NCBI GenBank assembly: GCA_034520565.1
Contig: JAXHNL010000001.1
Span: 32,001-96,000 of the forward strand
DNA length: 64,000 bases
From: Halodesulfurarchaeum sp.
GTDB lineage: Archaea; Halobacteriota; Halobacteria; Halobacteriales; Halobacteriaceae
Direction: 5' to 3'
Each line of letters opens with the position of its first letter. The stretch's first letter is position 1. Position numbers and translations under genes: made by a program. The notes below the pieces were generated by a model. The model saw only the letters and a program-made list of their open reading frames with translations. It was not told where the DNA came from and made no database searches. Below, piece by piece: positions 59,878 to 64,000 of the stretch.

Positions 59878-60157
59878 CGCATCCCGACGTATCCGAGGGG
59901 GACAGATAAGGGAGGGAGGCCCTGAACCCGATTTTGGCGGGCTTAGTGGCGCGTTAAACTCGTTTTCGCCCGGTTAACTGGGATTTGGGACGATCTGGTG
60001 GCCGTGTTGTCTCAATGTGGGCGAAAGCGGGCGTTCGGCCTCGTCCGCGGGAACCTGGGGGCTTTGCCGAGAACACCGAACGCCGGCTTCGCTATCCCGA
60101 ATCGGGCCCTTCCCTTGGGATCAGCACGCCTTTACTCGCCGCCCCGATACGGCCCGT

Positions 60158-60883
60158 ATGGCGTGTCGCCGGTGTGGGAGACCCCTCGAACGACCGGGAG
60201 ACTACTGTCTCTCCTGTGACACCGCGAACACGGACGCGGTCGTCGTCGAGATCGATGCCACCCGGGCGACGCTCACAATGCTCGACGGAGACGCTACCCT
60301 AGGCGAGACACACATCACGACGACGCCCGAAACCGAACAGACGCTTTCCGGGACCCAGCGCCGGAACTACGCGGGGCGGATCGCGGACGAGATCCGACGC
60401 AAGCGACCCGAATCCGTCTACGTGACCGGTGACCGGGCAGTCATCCAGACCCTCCGGTCGGCGATCCACTATCCGGTCTATCGAGTTCCCGAGGCCGATC
60501 CAGTGAAGACGGTACTCGACCGCCGAGGCGAAGCCGATCTCGAGGTGATCGAGGCACCACCACGGGAGAAGATCGGCGGCGCTCACTCCACGATCATCGG
60601 TGATCGAACGGGCATGCAGGCGGTACAAATCGTTGCGGAGCACCCGAACGTCAAGAAAGTCGTTCCGGGACCGATCGACGCCGGTGGAAGTGGGTCCCGA
60701 ACGGGAATGCGAGCCAAAGTGAGTCGCGCGGACACGAACGGAAACCTCCGATTGGTTCTACGGGATGGGTCGAGCGTCCAAGAGAACCGGGTGGTCACGA
60801 CCGCGCGGGACCGGGACACCGGTGAGCGGATCAGGACCGACCTGAACGAGGCTCTGGCCGAGGGCGGACTGCGAGCGGAGTGA
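60158..60883 (+). CDS. Zinc-ribbon / DUF2103 family metal-binding protein
   Basis: CRRCG..PGDYCLSC; KIGGAHSTIIG..HPNVKKVVPGPI..SVQE; ATG at 60158. Confidence 0.8.
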   Translation: MACRRCGRPLERPGDYCLSCDTANTDAVVVEIDATRATLTMLDGDATLGETHITTTPETEQTLSGTQRRNYAGRIADEIRRKRPESVYVTGDRAVIQTLRSAIHYPVYRVPEADPVKTVLDRRGEADLEVIEAPPREKIGGAHSTIIGDRTGMQAVQIVAEHPNVKKVVPGPIDAGGSGSRTGMRAKVSRADTNGNLRLVLRDGSSVQENRVVTTARDRDTGERIRTDLNEALAEGGLRAE

Positions 60884-60939
60884 GTCGCCGCCGGCCCGGA
60901 CACAACACGTTTTTAACCGCGCTTTGACTACCACGGAGC

Positions 60940-61239
60940 ATGAGCAAATCCGATCGCCGTCGACGGACCGGGAGTGCGGGCCGATTCGGTGCCCGCTACG
61001 GCCGGCTTGCCCGCCGACGCGTCGCCGAAATCGAGTCGGACATGCACGCGGACCACGTGTGCCCGGAGTGTGGCTCCGCGGCCGTCGACCGCCAGGGAAG
61101 TGGCATCTGGGAGTGTGACAGTTGTGGCTACACGTTTACCGGCGGCGCCTACCGGCCCGAGACACCCGGTGGCCGTGCCGTGACGCGTTCGATCAGGACC
61201 GCACTCTCCGACGGCGAGGAGGAGGAGACCGAAGAATAA
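60940..61239 (+). CDS. rpl37ae: 50S ribosomal protein L37Ae (eL43)
   Basis: [27 protein letters not shown]. Confidence 0.96.
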   Translation: MSKSDRRRRTGSAGRFGARYGRLARRRVAEIESDMHADHVCPECGSAAVDRQGSGIWECDSCGYTFTGGAYRPETPGGRAVTRSIRTALSDGEEEETEE

Positions 61240-61373
61240 TGTCCTACAAGTGCTCCCGGTGCAAGCGCGACGTCGAACTCGACGAGTACGGCGGGGTCAG
61301 ATGCCCCTACTGCGGTCACCGCGTGCTGCTCAAGGAGCGCAGTCGGGACATCAAGGAAATATCGGTCGAGTAA
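61239..61373 (+). CDS. rpoP: DNA-directed RNA polymerase subunit P (Rpo12)
   Basis: [23 protein letters not shown]; TAATG coupling with rpl37ae. Confidence 0.95.
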   Translation: MSYKCSRCKRDVELDEYGGVRCPYCGHRVLLKERSRDIKEISVE

Positions 61374-61383
61374 CCGCCGAGTC

Positions 61384-61650
61384 GTGTACCAAACGACGGT
61401 TGTTCTTTCGTATCCGTCCGGAACCGAGGCGAAGCTCGTCGAGTCGGCACTCCGCCCGGAAGTCGGCGCCATCGAGAGCGACCGCACTGCAGTATCGATG
61501 ACTCGTTCCGGAGCGGAACTCGATCTCGTCGTCGAAGCGGCCGACCCCGTGGCGCTCAGGGCCGGCCAGAACACCTGGCTGGGCCTTCTCGAAGTCGTGG
61601 AAGCGGTCGCCGCGATGGGTCGACGGTTCGAGGAGACGGCGGAGTCGTAA
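61384..61650 (+). CDS. pcc1: KEOPS complex subunit Pcc1
   Basis: ALRPE..EAADPVALRAGQNTWL pattern and canonical position after rpoP. Confidence 0.8.
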   Translation: MYQTTVVLSYPSGTEAKLVESALRPEVGAIESDRTAVSMTRSGAELDLVVEAADPVALRAGQNTWLGLLEVVEAVAAMGRRFEETAES

Positions 61651-61705
61651 GGGACCACGAGCAACCATGGTATCGCGGTCGATCCTTCCCAGAAAAGCGA
61701 GTCGC

Positions 61706-62800
61706 TCAGGGAATGTCGTTCGGGGGCGGGCGTTCTCCCAGTTCGAGTTCGACCTGTATCCGTCGACCGTCTCTGTAGATACTGAGCGTTACCGTCTCGC
61801 CCGGGCGGGTGTGCAAGAGGAGATACCGGGTGAGGTCCTCGTGGCTTCGAACGGGGGTGCCGTCGATACCGACGATCACGTCAGCGTCGTCGGGCACTGT
61901 TCCGTCCGCCCAGGTCCCGGCCTCGAGCACGCCGTCAGACGGGCCGTCCGGAAGAACCTCCACGACGGCGATCCCGGAGGCCTCGGGGACCTGGTTGGCG
62001 TCCGCCACGTTCGGAGTGACCGGTATCGACCGGATTCCCATGAAGGAGTGTTCGACCTCCCCGTGAGCGATCAGATCTGGGACGACGCGTTCGAGGACCC
62101 GCGCTGAGATGGCGAACCCGACGTTATCCCCACTTTTTGCCCGATTGACCCCGACAACTGTTCCGTCCATCGAGACGAGCGGCCCGCCGCTGTTCCCCGG
62201 ATTGATCGGGGCGTCGGTCTGGACGGTGTCAGGGATCGAAAACCCGTCACCGACCTCCATCGATCGGTTGACACCGCTCACGATACCGTGAGTGATCGTT
62301 CCCTGGAGCCCGAACGGACTCCCGAATGCCGCAACGAACTGCCCGGGTCGAGGCATTCGATCGGCCACCGGGAGTGGGGTCGCGGATTCGGGGAGTGATT
62401 CGGTCCGGACGACGGCCAGATCGGTGTATACGTCGGTTCCGACGACGGTCGCCGACCGCCAGACCCCGTCCGAGAACTGCACCGAAACGTCGGTCGCGTC
62501 GGCCACGACGTGGTGGTTGGTGACGATGTAGGTCCCCTCGGAGAGGAATCCGGACCCCTGCGAACTCCCGGTCGGCGTCTCGACTCGAAGGGTCACCATC
62601 GAGTCGGCCGTGGCCTCGTACAGGCCGGTCAGATTGCCTTCGTAAACCGACCCGTTCGACACAGCAGGGACCGTCCCCTCCGGTGCCGGCGCATCGAGTG
62701 ACGGACCGGCGTCCGCGCCGAACACGACGACGCCGGCGGAAGCTCCGACGAGAGCCCCCAGAAAGACGGCCAACGCGAAGACCCAGATCAGTGGTCGCAT
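61706..62800 (-). CDS. htrA: HtrA/DegP-like serine protease with PDZ domain
   Basis: N-terminal TM helix, GSGF, TNHHV, DLAV, QTDAPINPGNSGGPL, C-terminal PDZ. Confidence 0.9.
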   Translation of the reverse strand: MRPLIWVFALAVFLGALVGASAGVVVFGADAGPSLDAPAPEGTVPAVSNGSVYEGNLTGLYEATADSMVTLRVETPTGSSQGSGFLSEGTYIVTNHHVVADATDVSVQFSDGVWRSATVVGTDVYTDLAVVRTESLPESATPLPVADRMPRPGQFVAAFGSPFGLQGTITHGIVSGVNRSMEVGDGFSIPDTVQTDAPINPGNSGGPLVSMDGTVVGVNRAKSGDNVGFAISARVLERVVPDLIAHGEVEHSFMGIRSIPVTPNVADANQVPEASGIAVVEVLPDGPSDGVLEAGTWADGTVPDDADVIVGIDGTPVRSHEDLTRYLLLHTRPGETVTLSIYRDGRRIQVELELGERPPPNDIP

Positions 62801-62977
62801 CGGGTTCTCGTACACGAGCCATCCCTACAAGTGTGCCGGCACCCGGTTTGCCCACGGTGTCTCCTTGCTGAAAGGCGAGTTTCGGCCGGTTTGTGGCGGA
62901 AATCGGGCCCACGGCGTCCGTTCACACGGCGGATCAACAACCGGGGACTTTTTAGTCGGCCCCACTTCCTCACGACC

Positions 62978-63369
62978 ATGCAGGGCAACCTTCCGCCGGA
63001 AGCACGGAGAAAATCGAAGATCTCGAAGACCTTCAGGAGACCGCCCAGAAGGTTTCGATGCAGAAACAGCAGGCCGAATCCGAACTCACCGAGACCGAGA
63101 CGGCACTCGAGGAACTCGAGACCATCGACGAGAACACGACCATGTACCGCGAGGTCGGCGAACTCCTCGTCGAGACCGATTACGCCGCAGCCGAGGAAGC
63201 ACTCGAAGACAAGGCCGACACACTCGAGGTCCGCGTCCAGACCCTAAAGAAGCAGGAGAACCGCGTCCGAGAGCAGTTCGAGGAGATCCAGGGCGAACTC
63301 CAGGAACTCCTCTCGGGCGGTGGCGCTGCGGGCGGCGCCGCAGGCGGGCCGCCGTCCCCCGATATGTAA
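62978..63369 (+). CDS. pfdB: Prefoldin beta subunit, apparent -1 indel at about 63005
   Basis: MQGNLPPEA then (other frame) [34 protein letters not shown]. Confidence 0.9.
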
Positions 63370-63371
63370 AG

Positions 63372-63611
63372 ATGGCCGACGCCGACGCAGTCGTGGAAAC
63401 GGCAAGCGAGGCGGCCCACGGCTACGTCTTTTCCCGCCTCAACAAATCGACCGTCGACGACATCGATCTCGCGGTCTCCTTCGAGGACGACGTCCTCGAG
63501 GTCGAGATTTCGATCGTCGCCCCCGATGCCGACGCCGACCTCGAACAGATCGCCGAGGACGCCGTTCGAGTCGCCGGCGACGCGGCCGACGAGCTGTTCG
63601 ATCAGGCGTAA
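63372..63611 (+). CDS. DUF3194-like small protein
   Basis: VVETASEAAHGYVFSRL..DIDLAVSFEDDVLEVEI..ADELF; follows pfdB. Confidence 0.78.
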   Translation: MADADAVVETASEAAHGYVFSRLNKSTVDDIDLAVSFEDDVLEVEISIVAPDADADLEQIAEDAVRVAGDAADELFDQA

Positions 63612-63652
63612 GCGACAAACAACGGGTCCGTCACCGGCAGACCCTGGTTTCC

Positions 63653-64000
63653 TCAAGTAAGCACGAAAATCAGGAGCGTAATCGCAGCCGAGCCCACGAT
63701 GACCGCGGCCAGAAGGCCCCCACCCATCGAAATGACGGCGTTTGCCTGACTCGCGAGCGTCTCGGTGCGGTCGTTGCCAAAGACCGTTACCTCGGCGGTT
63801 TCCGAGGCCATTCCCGCCTCCACGGGTTCGAGATCCGCGTGGGCCCGGTCGACGAGGTCGCTGATTCGTGAGACGAGTTCGCCGTGATCGACGGCCGCAC
63901 CCACCTGGTTCGAGGACTGGACGGTGTTCACGATGTGGGTGTCCGTCGTCATTACTTCGACCTCGTCGACCCCTTCGATCGCATTGACTATCCAGTCTCG
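63653..64000 (-). CDS. DUF2070-like membrane protein, 3' part (5' end outside window)
   Basis: Frame is open to the window end; EVMTTDTHIVN motif and C-terminal TM helix. Confidence 0.7.
   Translation of the reverse strand, partial: RDWIVNAIEGVDEVEVMTTDTHIVNTVQSSNQVGAAVDHGELVSRISDLVDRAHADLEPVEAGMASETAEVTVFGNDRTETLASQANAVISMGGGLLAAVIVGSAAITLLIFVLT

Noticed and set aside
1-64000. tRNA, rRNA, IS elements, inteins
   Set aside because: No cloverleaf or T-loop consensus in intergenic gaps, no transposase ORFs, and LonB and the other proteins are of normal length

Overview
A GC-rich, acidic-proteome haloarchaeal (class Halobacteria) chromosomal window made up almost entirely of core genes. In order: scpA (3' part), mtnP, ppsA, mfnA, metG, pyk, an NfeD/stomatin pair, aglD-like glycosyltransferase, a first tfb, an aromatic cluster (aroD, aroB', aroA', trpCBA), lonB, nadM, a SAM hydrolase, a radical SAM/TRAM/YkgJ group, ppa, rnhA, a second tfb, GGGP synthase, aspS-pok-pps, thiR, dcd, pth2, truD, rpl37ae-rpoP-pcc1, htrA and pfdB. 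I found no tRNA, rRNA, CRISPR array or transposase. The least-explained block is a nine-gene type IV pilus/T2SS-like operon (38.1-47.1 kb, minus strand): a Cys-capped VirB11/PilB ATPase, a membrane platform protein, several small pilin-like proteins and a 960-aa exported protein. Six genes (tfb x2, lonB, pps, pfdB, one pilin-like gene) carry single-base indels that look like consensus errors; they create a false TFB-AroD fusion in the ORF track. Smaller observations include three microproteins, a 28-bp duplication that resolves a gene overlap, a G-rich 23-bp tandem repeat, a long intergenic hairpin, a TGTACA palindrome at the trp promoter, and a degenerate-motif amidohydrolase/GT2 pair. All calls come from motif recognition only; no database search was run.
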